A DNA stretch of 64,000 bases from an uncultured Candidatus Saccharibacteria bacterium (GCA_947166895.1 CAMVFY010000001.1:7522-71521), one strand, 5' to 3'. Positions 1-9,731 are shown, counted from the first letter of the stretch. Notes: generated from the sequence alone by a model not told the origin. Made by a program: numbers and translations.

Positions 1-65
1 CGGCGGCGGAACCAGCAGGGCCGCTGCCGATGACAATGTATTCAAAATCGTATTTCTTACCCATT

Positions 66-305
66 TTATATTATTTTATCACGATTTTTATAAACATAAG
101 CTAAATCGGCGTGATATTTCTTTAATTCTTTATAAACTATCCTTTTTAGATCGTTATTGGTGATTATAGATTTTCCTTTGAGCGTTTTAAGGGTGCTTTT
201 GATAGTTTCGTTGATGAAACTTTCGGCGGCGCCGGCGGGAATTCCGAGCGCACGAGCATCGATCTTTAGTTCTTTTCGTAGACTATTTTCATTAAAAGTT
301 GTCAT
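66..305 (-). CDS. hypothetical protein (79 aa)
   Basis: ORF with GGAGG upstream; start overlaps the stop of the upstream minus-strand gene. Confidence 0.7.
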   Translation of the reverse strand: MTTFNENSLRKELKIDARALGIPAGAAESFINETIKSTLKTLKGKSIITNNDLKRIVYKELKKYHADLAYVYKNRDKII

Positions 306-1000
306 AGGATAAGCCCTCCAATAAGTAGGGTGGCAAGGATAAAATATAGTAGGCCAAGAAAAATACGGAAGAAAGTTTGATTTTTGAGACGATGGCGCAA
401 GAAGTCAGCGAGGTTGTGTCCGGTCCTGAAATAAAGATGGGTGGCAAAAAGCGGACAAACAGCCAAAATGGCGTAAAAAATGATAAGTCCCGCACAGGGA
501 AATGGTGACAGGCTGACATTTGAGATGGCAAGAATAGAAACAAAATATAGTGGTAAAGTGAATGGAAGCTCTGGGATACCAGACATCAGGCCAAAGACAA
601 AAGCGTCGGAGGAATTTTTAATAGATTTTGGACGGTCAATGAGCGTGGCGGCGGTTTTCCTAGAGATGAAGAGCTGACCGTTTTTGCGAAAATATACAAA
701 AAAAGCAGTGAGGCTTAGACCAAAAAAGATGCCGGCGAGTATCCAGACTAAAATGGGATTTTCGAGGTTGACGGTGGAGGGGGGCAAAGTCCAAATAATT
801 GTGGCGATAAGAAAAAGACCTAAAACGACCATAGTTTCAGTACCAAGAATGAAGAAAAGGCTGAGCGAGTCGGCTTTGGTACGAGTGTATTTACCGGAAG
901 CATGATGGAAGAAATTGGCGAAAATTCCGGGAATAAGCATTAAAAAAGATGAGATAAGCACAGCCAGAATTAAGATTCCCAAAGAGGTGAAAACACTCAT
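302..1000 (-). CDS. multi-pass membrane protein
   Basis: About six hydrophobic segments. Start moved to ATG at 1000 because TGCTATAAT lies 6 nt upstream (leaderless pattern). Confidence 0.75.
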   Translation of the reverse strand: MSVFTSLGILILAVLISSFLMLIPGIFANFFHHASGKYTRTKADSLSLFFILGTETMVVLGLFLIATIIWTLPPSTVNLENPILVWILAGIFFGLSLTAFFVYFRKNGQLFISRKTAATLIDRPKSIKNSSDAFVFGLMSGIPELPFTLPLYFVSILAISNVSLSPFPCAGLIIFYAILAVCPLFATHLYFRTGHNLADFLRHRLKNQTFFRIFLGLLYFILATLLIGGLIL

Positions 1001-1059
1001 GCTTAAATTATAGCACAAAGGGGGTTGTATTTCTAGATTGAGCATGTTAGCCTCGCGGC

Positions 1060-2328
1060 ATGAAAAACTTATTCATCAAGGCCATCAACCCGGGATATTC
1101 CACAGATGGCAAGAACAATGTCGGAGAAATGATTGAAATTGCCCGTAGAGACTCCGATGAACCGATTTCGCTCGCTGGTACTACTGTAAGCTATACTAAT
1201 TCGAGCGGGAACGAATCGATTTTGTTTGAGTTTCCCGAGAACAGTTGGATGACCGGCGAGAGCATCCTCCTTCGTTTAGCTAGCTCGCCAGAAAGCGAGC
1301 TAGCGGCCGGGAACTATACAAAGACATTGGCGTTTAAGGCGGGATTAACATTAAGCGTGCAAGGTGAAGTGATAGATGAGGTGTGTTGGACTGGAAAGAG
1401 TGGCTGCTATACGGAATTTAAATCGGCTACTTCGACGACTTTAGTGAGAGATGCAGAAACCGGGGAGTTTAGGCATGTGCCGAGCTATACTCCAGAATAC
1501 GATGCAGAGGCCTATAAGGTAGAAAAAGATGAGGAAATAGAGCCAGTGAGTCAGTGCAAGGGGCTGATTTTTTCGGAGATTTTAAGTTACTATGAATCTT
1601 CACGGTCGGAGCAGTTCGTTGAATTATACAATGTAGGACCCGGGCAAATACTGCTTGATGGTTGTGGTATTCGCTATAAAAACAAGATATATGGGCTAAC
1701 GGGTGTAGTGCGGGAAGAGGAGTATTTTAGATATTTGCCGACAGAGTTTAGTTTAACAAAAAATCCAACTAACGAAGGTGTGCTTGAAATAATTGATACT
1801 ACTGGTGAGGTGGTGGATAAGTTAGAATATCCGAATGGGCAGCGCAAAGGGACGTCTTATGCCCTGATTGGTTACGATGCTTTGGGGGCCGAAATCTGGC
1901 GAACAACTTATGCGCCGACACCGGGTGAGGCTAATCATTATCAGGAGTTTAAGACGTGCGAGGAGGGAAAAGTTATCAACGAAGCGACGGGTAATTGCGT
2001 GAAAGTAACGAGCGTAGTGGAAAAGATTTGTCCGGCTGGGCAGTATTTGAATATTTTAACAGGGCGGTGTCGGAAATACGTGGAAACGACCGAAAAAACC
2101 TGCAGGGAAGGTTATTACTTGAATTCTGAGACAGGGCGGTGTCGGAAGATTCAGGAGAATCAGGGGGCAGATTACGAAATTAGCCTTGATAGTTATAAGG
2201 CAGAATCCTCTTTTGTGGCACTATATGCAGTAATTGGGGTAGTAATAGTGGGGGTGGTGTGTTTGGTTTATGAGTTTAGGCGAGAGATTCAGAAGCTTTG
2301 GCGTAAAGTTTTTCGACGATTTCGTTAA
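1060..2328 (+). CDS. lamin-tail-domain-like surface protein with Cys-rich repeats and C-terminal TM anchor
   Basis: LIFSEILSYY...EQFVELYN motif; three CxxGxxxNxxTGxC repeats; C-terminal hydrophobic helix followed by basic tail. Confidence 0.7.
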   Translation: MKNLFIKAINPGYSTDGKNNVGEMIEIARRDSDEPISLAGTTVSYTNSSGNESILFEFPENSWMTGESILLRLASSPESELAAGNYTKTLAFKAGLTLSVQGEVIDEVCWTGKSGCYTEFKSATSTTLVRDAETGEFRHVPSYTPEYDAEAYKVEKDEEIEPVSQCKGLIFSEILSYYESSRSEQFVELYNVGPGQILLDGCGIRYKNKIYGLTGVVREEEYFRYLPTEFSLTKNPTNEGVLEIIDTTGEVVDKLEYPNGQRKGTSYALIGYDALGAEIWRTTYAPTPGEANHYQEFKTCEEGKVINEATGNCVKVTSVVEKICPAGQYLNILTGRCRKYVETTEKTCREGYYLNSETGRCRKIQENQGADYEISLDSYKAESSFVALYAVIGVVIVGVVCLVYEFRREIQKLWRKVFRRFR

Positions 2329-2899
2329 AAACTGCATCACGAGGCTGATCGCCGTTTACTTCTACGAGTAAGCCAAGACTTTTGTAGTACTGCAAAACAG
2401 GGAGGGTTTTTTGGCGGAACTCTTGGATGCGGGTGCGGAAAACTTCGATATTGCGATCATCTTCGCGTTCACCGCGGTCGCCGAGAGATTTGCTGGCCTC
2501 AAAACGGTTTTCGACATCGGCTTCGGAAATATTTAAAATAATGACTGCCTTGATGTGATGACCAGAATCGGCGGCGGCGGATATAACCTTTTCTTCTTCG
2601 CCGGACCAGCGGCCGACGGATGAAAGAATGAGAGGATACTCAAGCAAATCGTGACGTTCAAAGTAGGGGAGAACCCACTCATAAAAAATATCGGTGGGGA
2701 TGAGGGCACCTTTGGTGGAATATTTATTCTTGGTTTCTTTTTCCATGGCGCGGATGATTATGCCGGAAGACAAAAATTTGGCGTTTAAGGCTTCGGCCAG
2801 ACGAATTCCTTGAGTATCTTTGCCGGACATAGGGAGGCCAAAGATATTGATACTGCCGGTGCCAAGCCAAGTTTTGATAGTTTGAAGTTTGGTTTCCAT
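2276..2899 (-). CDS. adk: adenylate kinase family protein
   Basis: IFGLPMSGKDTQ P-loop, FLSSG, RxDD-type lid motif RGEREDD, EVNGDQ. Confidence 0.85.
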   Translation of the reverse strand: METKLQTIKTWLGTGSINIFGLPMSGKDTQGIRLAEALNAKFLSSGIIIRAMEKETKNKYSTKGALIPTDIFYEWVLPYFERHDLLEYPLILSSVGRWSGEEEKVISAAADSGHHIKAVIILNISEADVENRFEASKSLGDRGEREDDRNIEVFRTRIQEFRQKTLPVLQYYKSLGLLVEVNGDQPRDAVFNEIVEKLYAKASESLA

Positions 2900-2930
2900 A
2901 GATTTATTTTATCATAATAAAATACACTGA

Positions 2931-2959
2931 AAAAGCTCCGACAAAAGATGTCGGAGCTT
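2931..2959 (-). terminator. intrinsic terminator
   Basis: 11-bp perfect stem aagctccgaca/tgtcggagctt, with T-run on the minus strand downstream of ORF 2981-3208. Confidence 0.7.
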
Positions 2960-2980
2960 GGACTATTGGATGGATATAGG

Positions 2981-3208
2981 TTACACACCAAAAGATGTTT
3001 CGAACATTTTTTTGACGGTGGTGGGGATGCAGCTCCTGCGACTACAGTCGTTCCAGGATTTGGTTTTGATGTCGTAGGTGCCGGCGCTGATGAGCTGGCC
3101 TTTGGCGGTCTGAGAGACCTTGACATTGATGGAGCCGCTGCGTTTGAAACCGATATACTTCTTGTCGTTCCAGTGGATGGTTTTTTGCGAGTGAACCTTC
3201 TTAGCCAT
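2981..3208 (-). CDS. small basic hypothetical protein (75 aa)
   Basis: AAGGAGG Shine-Dalgarno upstream, own terminator downstream. Confidence 0.65.
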   Translation of the reverse strand: MAKKVHSQKTIHWNDKKYIGFKRSGSINVKVSQTAKGQLISAGTYDIKTKSWNDCSRRSCIPTTVKKMFETSFGV

Positions 3209-3325
3209 AATAAATCCTCCTTTAAAAGTACGCTAGTAAATAACTAGTCGAATTTTCGAACGAACAAAATATGTCTTGCTCGTGCGAATGTTATTATTGT
3301 AGCACAACCTGAATTTTTTTAAAAA

Positions 3326-3352
3326 TTAGCACTCTTTACATTTTAGTGCTAA
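3326..3352 (+). promoter_or_regulatory. CIRCE operator (HrcA site)
   Basis: TTAGCACTC-N9-TAGTGCTAA, one mismatch from the CIRCE consensus, just upstream of the hrcA -10 box (3358-3363). Confidence 0.93.
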
Positions 3353-3369
3353 TTGCATATAATGTAGGT

Positions 3370-4134
3370 ATGGAAATTACTCAGCGCCAAAAGGAAATTC
3401 TTTGCCAAATTATTGAGGAGTATGCTGAAACCGCTTCACCAGTAGGGAGTGTGACGTTGGCGAAGTTGTTTGGTGTGTCCTCGGCGACAATTCGGGCGGA
3501 GATGGCGCGATTAGAAGCACTAGGTTTGATTGCGCAGCCGCATACGTCGGCGGGACGGGTGCCGACAGATGCGGGGTATCGTTTTTACGTAAATACTTTA
3601 AATGGTGAAAGTGGTGGTTTTGGTAGGGATTTTTATGATGATAGTGTGACGGATGTTCGATTATTAGAAGATGGTAATTTGCGGCGTGGGATGCATGCTC
3701 TTGAGGTGAGAGTAAATGCACAGTCACGGGCTGATACGGCAATTCGGGGGGCGGTAGATGCCTTGGTGGAACTTACCGGGAACTTGGGACTTGCTACTAT
3801 TGGTGAGCAATTATACTTGGCTGGAATTTCGCGGTTATTTACGCAGCCGGAGTTTGGCGACACACGGCGGGTGCAATCTGTAGCTAAGTTATTAGATAAC
3901 TTGGAACCGTGGCTTCGAGAAGCAGCACCAGGAGAGGCTCTTAATATTTTTATTGGTCAGGAAAATCCTATCGGCAAGAATTCGGAAGTATCGTTGATTA
4001 TATCGAAATTCCGTTCGCCGTTTTCGGACCGAAGTTATATTGGCGTGCTTGGGCCAACGCGACAAAACTATTCAAGGGTAATGTCGCTGGTGAAGTATGC
4101 TGGCAATATGTTAGAGGAAATTTTGGAGAATTAA
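3370..4134 (+). CDS. hrcA: heat-inducible transcription repressor HrcA
   Basis: RQKEIL...PVGS...SSATIR.EMA.LE...QPHTSAGRVPTD.GYR.YV; GVLGPTR. Start at 3370 is 6 nt after TATAAT. Confidence 0.96.
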   Translation: MEITQRQKEILCQIIEEYAETASPVGSVTLAKLFGVSSATIRAEMARLEALGLIAQPHTSAGRVPTDAGYRFYVNTLNGESGGFGRDFYDDSVTDVRLLEDGNLRRGMHALEVRVNAQSRADTAIRGAVDALVELTGNLGLATIGEQLYLAGISRLFTQPEFGDTRRVQSVAKLLDNLEPWLREAAPGEALNIFIGQENPIGKNSEVSLIISKFRSPFSDRSYIGVLGPTRQNYSRVMSLVKYAGNMLEEILEN

Positions 4135-4135
4135 G

Positions 4136-4570
4136 ATGAAAGAAAAAAAATCAGAAGATAAATTTGACGAGAAAATTACTGAGCTGACCAATGATTTACA
4201 GCGGACGCGGGCGGATTTTGAAAATTTTAGAAAACAGGTTGAAAATCAGAAGGAGAATGAGCGTAAAGCGACAAGGCTAGCAACCGTGTATAAAGTTTTG
4301 CCGCTGCTAGATGATTTAGACAGAGCGATTGCGGCTTACGAGGAGCTAAAGCCGCTCGAAAAATCTCTTACCAAAACTCTAGGTGAGCTAGAACTTAAGA
4401 AAATTGACTCGAATGAAGGCGTGGAATTTAATCCGGATTTGTTTGAGGCGGTAATGGTGGAGGGTGAAGGCGAAAAAGAAGTGGTGGCGGAGACTTTGAG
4501 GCCAGGATATTATTATGGTGGCGAGGTGTTGCGACCGGCAATGGTTAAAGTTAAACGCATCGAGGGGTAG
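4136..4570 (+). CDS. grpE: nucleotide exchange factor GrpE
   Basis: QRTRADFENFRK, LLPLLDDLDRA-like motif, FNPDLFEAV, LRPAMVKV; follows hrcA. Confidence 0.95.
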   Translation: MKEKKSEDKFDEKITELTNDLQRTRADFENFRKQVENQKENERKATRLATVYKVLPLLDDLDRAIAAYEELKPLEKSLTKTLGELELKKIDSNEGVEFNPDLFEAVMVEGEGEKEVVAETLRPGYYYGGEVLRPAMVKVKRIEG

Positions 4571-4624
4571 TTTACAATTTCCTCTAAAAGTGATAAAATA
4601 ATGAGTAAATTTAAAGGATAAAAT

Positions 4625-5302
4625 ATGGCTGAATACAAATTAACGCTAGAGAAGCGTGAGTTAACTGGGAAAAAATTAAGGACTTTGCGGGAAAAGGGTT
4701 TGATTCCATCAGTAGTTTATGGTGGTAAGGAGCCGATGCTAATGGCATCAGAATATGTAGCGACCGAAAAGGTTTTGCAAAAGGCTGGTTACCATTCGCC
4801 GATCGATCTTGACATGGCTGGTAAGAAGCAGCTAGTGATTGCGAAAAATGTGCATATCGATCCGGTCTCACGGAAAATTATCAACATTGAGTTTCAAGCG
4901 ATTTCGGCAAACGAAGTGGTTGAAGCTACAACGCCAGTAGTGGTTGTAAACTTTGAGGCTTCTGAGGCGTCGAAAATTTATCATTTTGCTTTAACACAGG
5001 CGATCACAGAGCTTGATGTGAAGGCAAAGCCAGCAGATTTACCAAAAAGTCTTGAACTTGATGCCGCTTCCTTGAAGGAAGTCGATGACAAATTGACGAT
5101 TGCGGATATTGTTTTGCCTAAAGGCGTAGAACTAGCTGATAAGGAATTGGATGCTGAGCAAGTGGTGGTTTCGCTTTATGATCCAGCTGCCGAAGCAGAG
5201 AAACGTGAGGCTGAGGCGGAGGGGCCTACCGTCGAAGCGGCAGATGTGCCAGCTGATAATGGTACGAAGCCTGAAGCGGAAGCTACTTCTGAGCAAGCTT
5301 AG
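4625..5302 (+). CDS. rplY: 50S ribosomal protein L25 (CTC type)
   Basis: LRxxGLIPSVVYG, HIDPVSRKIINIEF, acidic tail. Confidence 0.93.
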   Translation: MAEYKLTLEKRELTGKKLRTLREKGLIPSVVYGGKEPMLMASEYVATEKVLQKAGYHSPIDLDMAGKKQLVIAKNVHIDPVSRKIINIEFQAISANEVVEATTPVVVVNFEASEASKIYHFALTQAITELDVKAKPADLPKSLELDAASLKEVDDKLTIADIVLPKGVELADKELDAEQVVVSLYDPAAEAEKREAEAEGPTVEAADVPADNGTKPEAEATSEQA

Positions 5303-7158
5303 TTGATTAAAACATTAGTATTTGCAATGAGGCGTTCTTTGAATGCCTCTTTTGCTAATTCAGCGTTGGCGTTGTTGCCAGCCCAAGCATAGAGGGCGGG
5401 ATCCTGCAAGGCGCGAGCGAAGGAAAAGGTGACTGGCCAAGGAAAGGGTCCGTTTTTGATGATTTCAGCGAGGTTATCGGTGGCTTGCTCCGGGGTTTGA
5501 CCACCGGAGAGGAAAACGATTCCGGCGAGATCTTTGGGGACATGGTTTCTTAGGACTTCAGCAGTAGTTTGGCCGACGATTGCTGGGGAGGACTTCTCAG
5601 GTTGTTTTTTGCCTGCCATAATCATGTTAACTTTGAGGAGGCAGGCTCTTAGGTTAACGTTTTGTTTTTTCAGTTCGTCAAAAAGAACGTCGAGGACATG
5701 GGCGGTGACTTCGGCGCATTTGTCAATAGAATAATTACCATCGTAAACAATTTCAGGTTCAACAATTGGGACGATGCCGGCGGATTGGCAAGCTAGAGCG
5801 TATTTTGCAAGGATCTGACAGTTTTCTTCGATGGCGATATCGGTCGGGGTCAGAATCTCGCCGGATTCAGAGAGAGTGATATTAAAAGCGGCGCGCCATT
5901 TAGCGAAGCGGAGCCCCATTTGATAGTACTCATTCAAGCGGGGTTCAAGGCCGTCTAGCCCTTTGGTATAATTTTCGGTGGTTTCTCCGATTTCTGGACG
6001 GATTTCGTTTAGAGGGGCGAGACCTTGGTCGACTTTGATGCCAGGAATAATGCATTTACTGGTGAGATAATTGACAAAGTTTTGGCCATCGTCGGCAGTT
6101 TGGCGAGCAGTTTCGTCAAAAAGGATGACACCGTTGACGTACTTTTCTAGTTCTGGGGTGGTAAAAAAGAGATTACGATAATCACGACGATTATCATAGG
6201 TATCCTCGATGTCTAGTTGTGCGAATTTTTTCTGGATAGACCCACCAGATTCGTCAGCGGCTAGGATACCTTTACCATTTAATACCAGACTGGCTGCGAG
6301 AAGTTCGAGTTCGTTTTCGGAGCCATAAGTAGTGGCAATGTCTTGGAGCTCGGATAAGGATAGAGTGGAATTGATTTTTGCGTTTTCGACGTTGGCACGA
6401 GCCATCTTTAGGCTATCTTCGACAGAAAATCCGAGCACAAAACCGCCAAGAATGGTGGCTGACATGATTGAGTAAGCTGAAAGGTGAGTTAATACATCGA
6501 CGCGTTCGATGTTGATGTTTTCGGTGATGCTTAAGTAAGAAAGCTGAGCTTCGGTAATGTGAATGATTTTTTCAGGCGGGACAGACGCCAAAGCCGACTT
6601 TAAATCTGGTGAAGCGAGCGCGTAAGGTTTTTCCGATTGGCCCCTGTTATTTTCAAGAAAGATTAAGTTGGCAAGCGGAATAAGCTCGGAGAGATTATGT
6701 TTACTGTCGCCTCCGAGATACAAGACGAGCTTGGTTTTTGAGGAAAGTTCAAGGTAGGTTTTGATTTGCTGGATGGCAGTATGGTCCAAACTAGCGGAAC
6801 GGTCAATATAAAGATAATCGACTGATTCGGCGGGAGCAATAAAAGTAGTACTGCAAAATTCGCTCGGAGTAAAGTAAGTGACGTTATCGTTAACGAGTAA
6901 AATATAGCGATAAGTAGAAGGGGCGGTTTTGGAATTGGTATCTGAAGCGATAGCAGAGAGGTTCATTTTTTGTAAAACTTCAATGGAAACAGCTGCGCCA
7001 CCAAAATTGCTACTGCGGTTAAAAAAATGGTGTTTACTGGCATTAAAGCTGAGGTTGAGCCATTCGGTATGATCACTATCGGTTTCGAAGTTTTCTGAGC
7101 GAGTATCGAGATTTAGATAGACGTCTTTTGTAATGTTGCCCACCACTAAGATTTTCAT
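5299..7158 (-). CDS. fusion of a degenerate PfkB-like domain and class I fructose-bisphosphate aldolase
   Basis: C-terminal half has KGILAADES, PGIKVDQG, FAKWRA, IVPIVEPE, FLSGGQ, TFSFARALQ. N-terminal half has PfkB-like start (ILVVGNITKD, FGGAA). Confidence 0.88.
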   Translation of the reverse strand: MKILVVGNITKDVYLNLDTRSENFETDSDHTEWLNLSFNASKHHFFNRSSNFGGAAVSIEVLQKMNLSAIASDTNSKTAPSTYRYILLVNDNVTYFTPSEFCSTTFIAPAESVDYLYIDRSASLDHTAIQQIKTYLELSSKTKLVLYLGGDSKHNLSELIPLANLIFLENNRGQSEKPYALASPDLKSALASVPPEKIIHITEAQLSYLSITENINIERVDVLTHLSAYSIMSATILGGFVLGFSVEDSLKMARANVENAKINSTLSLSELQDIATTYGSENELELLAASLVLNGKGILAADESGGSIQKKFAQLDIEDTYDNRRDYRNLFFTTPELEKYVNGVILFDETARQTADDGQNFVNYLTSKCIIPGIKVDQGLAPLNEIRPEIGETTENYTKGLDGLEPRLNEYYQMGLRFAKWRAAFNITLSESGEILTPTDIAIEENCQILAKYALACQSAGIVPIVEPEIVYDGNYSIDKCAEVTAHVLDVLFDELKKQNVNLRACLLKVNMIMAGKKQPEKSSPAIVGQTTAEVLRNHVPKDLAGIVFLSGGQTPEQATDNLAEIIKNGPFPWPVTFSFARALQDPALYAWAGNNANAELAKEAFKERLIANTNVLIN

Positions 7159-7919
7159 AGGACTCCTAAAATACCCCTCAAGGCAAAGGCGGTGTCTTCG
7201 TGGTTTCGGACGGTGATGGTGTCGATACCCATTTGAACAATGGGGTAGTCGTTGCCACCAGGTTGAGTCATGTCGCCAAAGTATAAAATATCGTCTTTTT
7301 TGACATTTAGTTCCTCTAAGAGATGAGTCATGCCGAATGTCTTGTTCATACCTGGTATGATGGCGTTGATTGAGGTAGTGCCACCGATTTCGTAGTCAAA
7401 TTCAGGCGTAAGCTCTTTACAGCGCTTGACGATGGCTTCGCGCTTTTTGTGATCGGGGTCCCAGGCATATTTGGCTTCGGTACCGGCTTTTTGACCAAGG
7501 GCAGAAAAGGTGACTTGGGAGAGACGGTTTTCGATAATTTCATCACCTTCGGCGAGCTTGTCTTCTTCCCAAAATCCAAGTTCACGAGCGGCTTGCTCGA
7601 TAGTTTGGCTGATTTTGGCGACTTGTTCATCGGTCATAGGGTAGTTGTAGATTTGTTGCCATTCTCCATCTTCGTAGCGATAATATTGAGTACCCTGAGC
7701 AACGAAAAGATGCAGATGCGTTAGGGCTTCTGGTGTAACGCCACAATCGAGTAAACGATTAACAATTTGAATTAAAAATTGATCAAATTTTTGGCCGGAA
7801 ATGGGACAAATCTCAAAATGATTAAGGCATTTGATTAAAAGTTCGGCGATGTCGTCGGTGATGGGGGTTTTTGCGACATTTAAAGTTTGGTCAATATCAA
7901 AGGCTAAAACTTTTTTCAT
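7155..7919 (-). CDS. HAD-IIB hydrolase, eukaryote-type phosphomannomutase-like
   Basis: LAFDIDQTL, IGGTTSI, FGDMTQPGGNDY motifs. Confidence 0.85.
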   Translation of the reverse strand: MKKVLAFDIDQTLNVAKTPITDDIAELLIKCLNHFEICPISGQKFDQFLIQIVNRLLDCGVTPEALTHLHLFVAQGTQYYRYEDGEWQQIYNYPMTDEQVAKISQTIEQAARELGFWEEDKLAEGDEIIENRLSQVTFSALGQKAGTEAKYAWDPDHKKREAIVKRCKELTPEFDYEIGGTTSINAIIPGMNKTFGMTHLLEELNVKKDDILYFGDMTQPGGNDYPIVQMGIDTITVRNHEDTAFALRGILGVL

Positions 7920-7940
7920 GTTATAATTGTAACATGAAAA
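7913..7940. promoter_or_regulatory. palindromic bidirectional promoter (PMM-like gene / tpiA)
   Basis: ttttcatgttataattgtaacatgaaaa: TGTTATAAT-6nt-ATG on plus and TGTTACAAT-6nt-ATG on minus. Confidence 0.75.
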
Positions 7941-8704
7941 CTTATATTGTGGGCAACTGGAAGCTGAATTTTACGGTCGGAGAGGCTTCCATCTATCTTC
8001 ATAAGCTACTGAAGGCTTTACCAAATTACAGAGATATCGAGGTGGTGGTGGCGCCATCTACGATTGCTTTGCAGCCTTTGTCACTTCAGGTTGATAGACA
8101 CAAAATAAAGCTTGCTGCACAAAATGCTTTTTATAGGGATTATGGGGCTTTTACGGGTGAAACTTCTTTTTCGCAACTGAGGGGAATAGCTGACTACACG
8201 ATAGTAGGACACTCTGAAAGACGGTATATTTTTGGTGAAAATGACAAAATGATAGAAAAAAAGGTAGCGGCAGCCATTCGAAATAAGATTACGCCAATTT
8301 TGTGCGTGGGGGAGACGGAGTCGGAGAGGTCGTTTGGCGAGACGGCGGATGTGATTCGGGATCAGGTGATTGGTGGATTGACGGACGTAGCAGACGATGA
8401 TTTGGATAAAGTTGTAATTGCCTATGAGCCAGTATGGGCGATTTCGTCCACTAAAGCGGCGAAGTTAGCGACTCCAGATGAGATAGCGGAGGTGGTAGCG
8501 TTGATCCGAAAGACGCTTGCCGATACTTACGGCAAAGAGGTGGCCGAGAAAGTTCCGGTGCTGTTTGGTGGGAGTGTAAACCCATCTAATGCGGGGGCAT
8601 ATCTTACGGTGCCGGGCGTGAATGGTTTGTTGGTTGGTGGATCGAGTTTGATTCTTAGCGAGTTTACTGATATAATCGAAGTAGCAAAAAGAGTGAGATC
8701 ATGA
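7934..8704 (+). CDS. tpiA: triosephosphate isomerase
   Basis: VGNWKLN, VGHSERR, AYEPVWAI, LFGGSV, LVGGSS. Confidence 0.97.
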   Translation: MKTYIVGNWKLNFTVGEASIYLHKLLKALPNYRDIEVVVAPSTIALQPLSLQVDRHKIKLAAQNAFYRDYGAFTGETSFSQLRGIADYTIVGHSERRYIFGENDKMIEKKVAAAIRNKITPILCVGETESERSFGETADVIRDQVIGGLTDVADDDLDKVVIAYEPVWAISSTKAAKLATPDEIAEVVALIRKTLADTYGKEVAEKVPVLFGGSVNPSNAGAYLTVPGVNGLLVGGSSLILSEFTDIIEVAKRVRS

Positions 8705-9225
8705 ATAAAAGATATATGGATTTTGTTCCGACCAAGAAAGCTAGTGGTGAGGTTTCGACTGCGCCAAAATCATCCAGGCCGGCAGTAAGGAACGAAGTAA
8801 AGTTGCCACCGAGAATGACTGTCAAAAAGGCCACGACTAGGCCTATGCAGCCAGCGGTGAGGGCTAAGGATGAAGCCGAATTGGGTGTGATCGAGAATCT
8901 GGGAGTAGTAGAGAGCAAAACCGAAACGACACCCGCAAAGAAAGTTGATCTAAAAACCGAGGAAAAACCTAAAAAAGAAGCGAGCAAATCTTTTCAAGTT
9001 CCCCGTAATCCATTTATCAACCAAAACAAAGTGGAAAAACGGCCATTATCTAAGAATGTCTACCCAAAGAAGATAGTGGTGCCAAAAGAGGAGCCGAAGG
9101 GACCGGTGACGATTATTACAAAGCCGGAGAAAGATGCTCATGTTAGCTTGATTGTGGCGGTGATTTTGACAATTATATTAGGTGCTGCTGCTGGAACGGT
9201 GGCGTTTCTTCTTTTACCTAAGTAA
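8701..9225 (+). CDS. hypothetical protein, low complexity with C-terminal TM helix
   Basis: Start overlaps tpiA stop (ATGA); C-terminal hydrophobic helix. Confidence 0.7.
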   Translation: MNKRYMDFVPTKKASGEVSTAPKSSRPAVRNEVKLPPRMTVKKATTRPMQPAVRAKDEAELGVIENLGVVESKTETTPAKKVDLKTEEKPKKEASKSFQVPRNPFINQNKVEKRPLSKNVYPKKIVVPKEEPKGPVTIITKPEKDAHVSLIVAVILTIILGAAAGTVAFLLLPK

Positions 9226-9237
9226 GGAGTAAATAAA

Positions 9238-9546
9238 ATGACAAATAATCCATTCCTAAAACGCCTGATGAAAGCGAAAATGGAGGATGTGGCACATTCT
9301 TCGGCCTATGCAAAGGCGCAAAATCCTGGGGGGATGGGATCCGCTTCGGCTGAAAGCTTTGGGGCTAGGATGATGATGGAGCAGAACCGCAAGAATGTTA
9401 GAGGGTATGGAGATTCACGGGTAGTTAGCGATATGCGCGCAGGCGCGCCAAGGGCAAAAACCTTTGAAGGCGCGGTTGGTGCTGGTGGTACGAATACGAA
9501 GCCAGTAACGCCACCTATACGGAAAAATCCTGGGATTTCAAGATAA
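9238..9546 (+). CDS. hypothetical protein (102 aa)
   Basis: AAGGAG SD upstream. Confidence 0.65.
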   Translation: MTNNPFLKRLMKAKMEDVAHSSAYAKAQNPGGMGSASAESFGARMMMEQNRKNVRGYGDSRVVSDMRAGAPRAKTFEGAVGAGGTNTKPVTPPIRKNPGISR

Positions 9547-9565
9547 TATGATATAATTGGGGTAT

Positions 9566-9643
9566 GGTGGGATTAGCTCAGATGGTTAGAGCGTCTGATT
9601 GTGGTCCAGAAGGTCGTCGGTTCGATCCCGATATCCCACCCCA
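9566..9643 (+). tRNA. tRNA-His (GTG)
   Basis: G-1, acceptor GTGGGAT/ATCCCAC, anticodon loop ttGTGgt, GGTTCGATCC T-arm, C73 and encoded CCA. Confidence 0.95.
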
Positions 9644-9656
9644 TTAAAAATATGTT

Positions 9657-9731
9657 GCGAGTGTAGTACAGCGGTTAGTATACAAGTTTTCCAAACTTGG
9701 GATGAGGGTTCGACTCCCTCCACTCGCACCA
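9657..9731 (+). tRNA. tRNA-Gly (TCC)
   Basis: Acceptor GCGAGTG/CACTCGC, anticodon arm caagt-ttTCCaa-acttg, GGTTCGACTCC, encoded CCA. Confidence 0.95.

Noticed and set aside
2276-2328. Convergent 3' overlaps (adk with the LTD-like gene; recX with the PRC-barrel gene at 23583-23659) as a special system
   Set aside because: Short tail overlaps are expected in compact genomes; no further evidence of function
2948-3247. Plus-strand 99-aa ORF
   Set aside because: Antisense to the 75-aa ORF that has an SD and terminator
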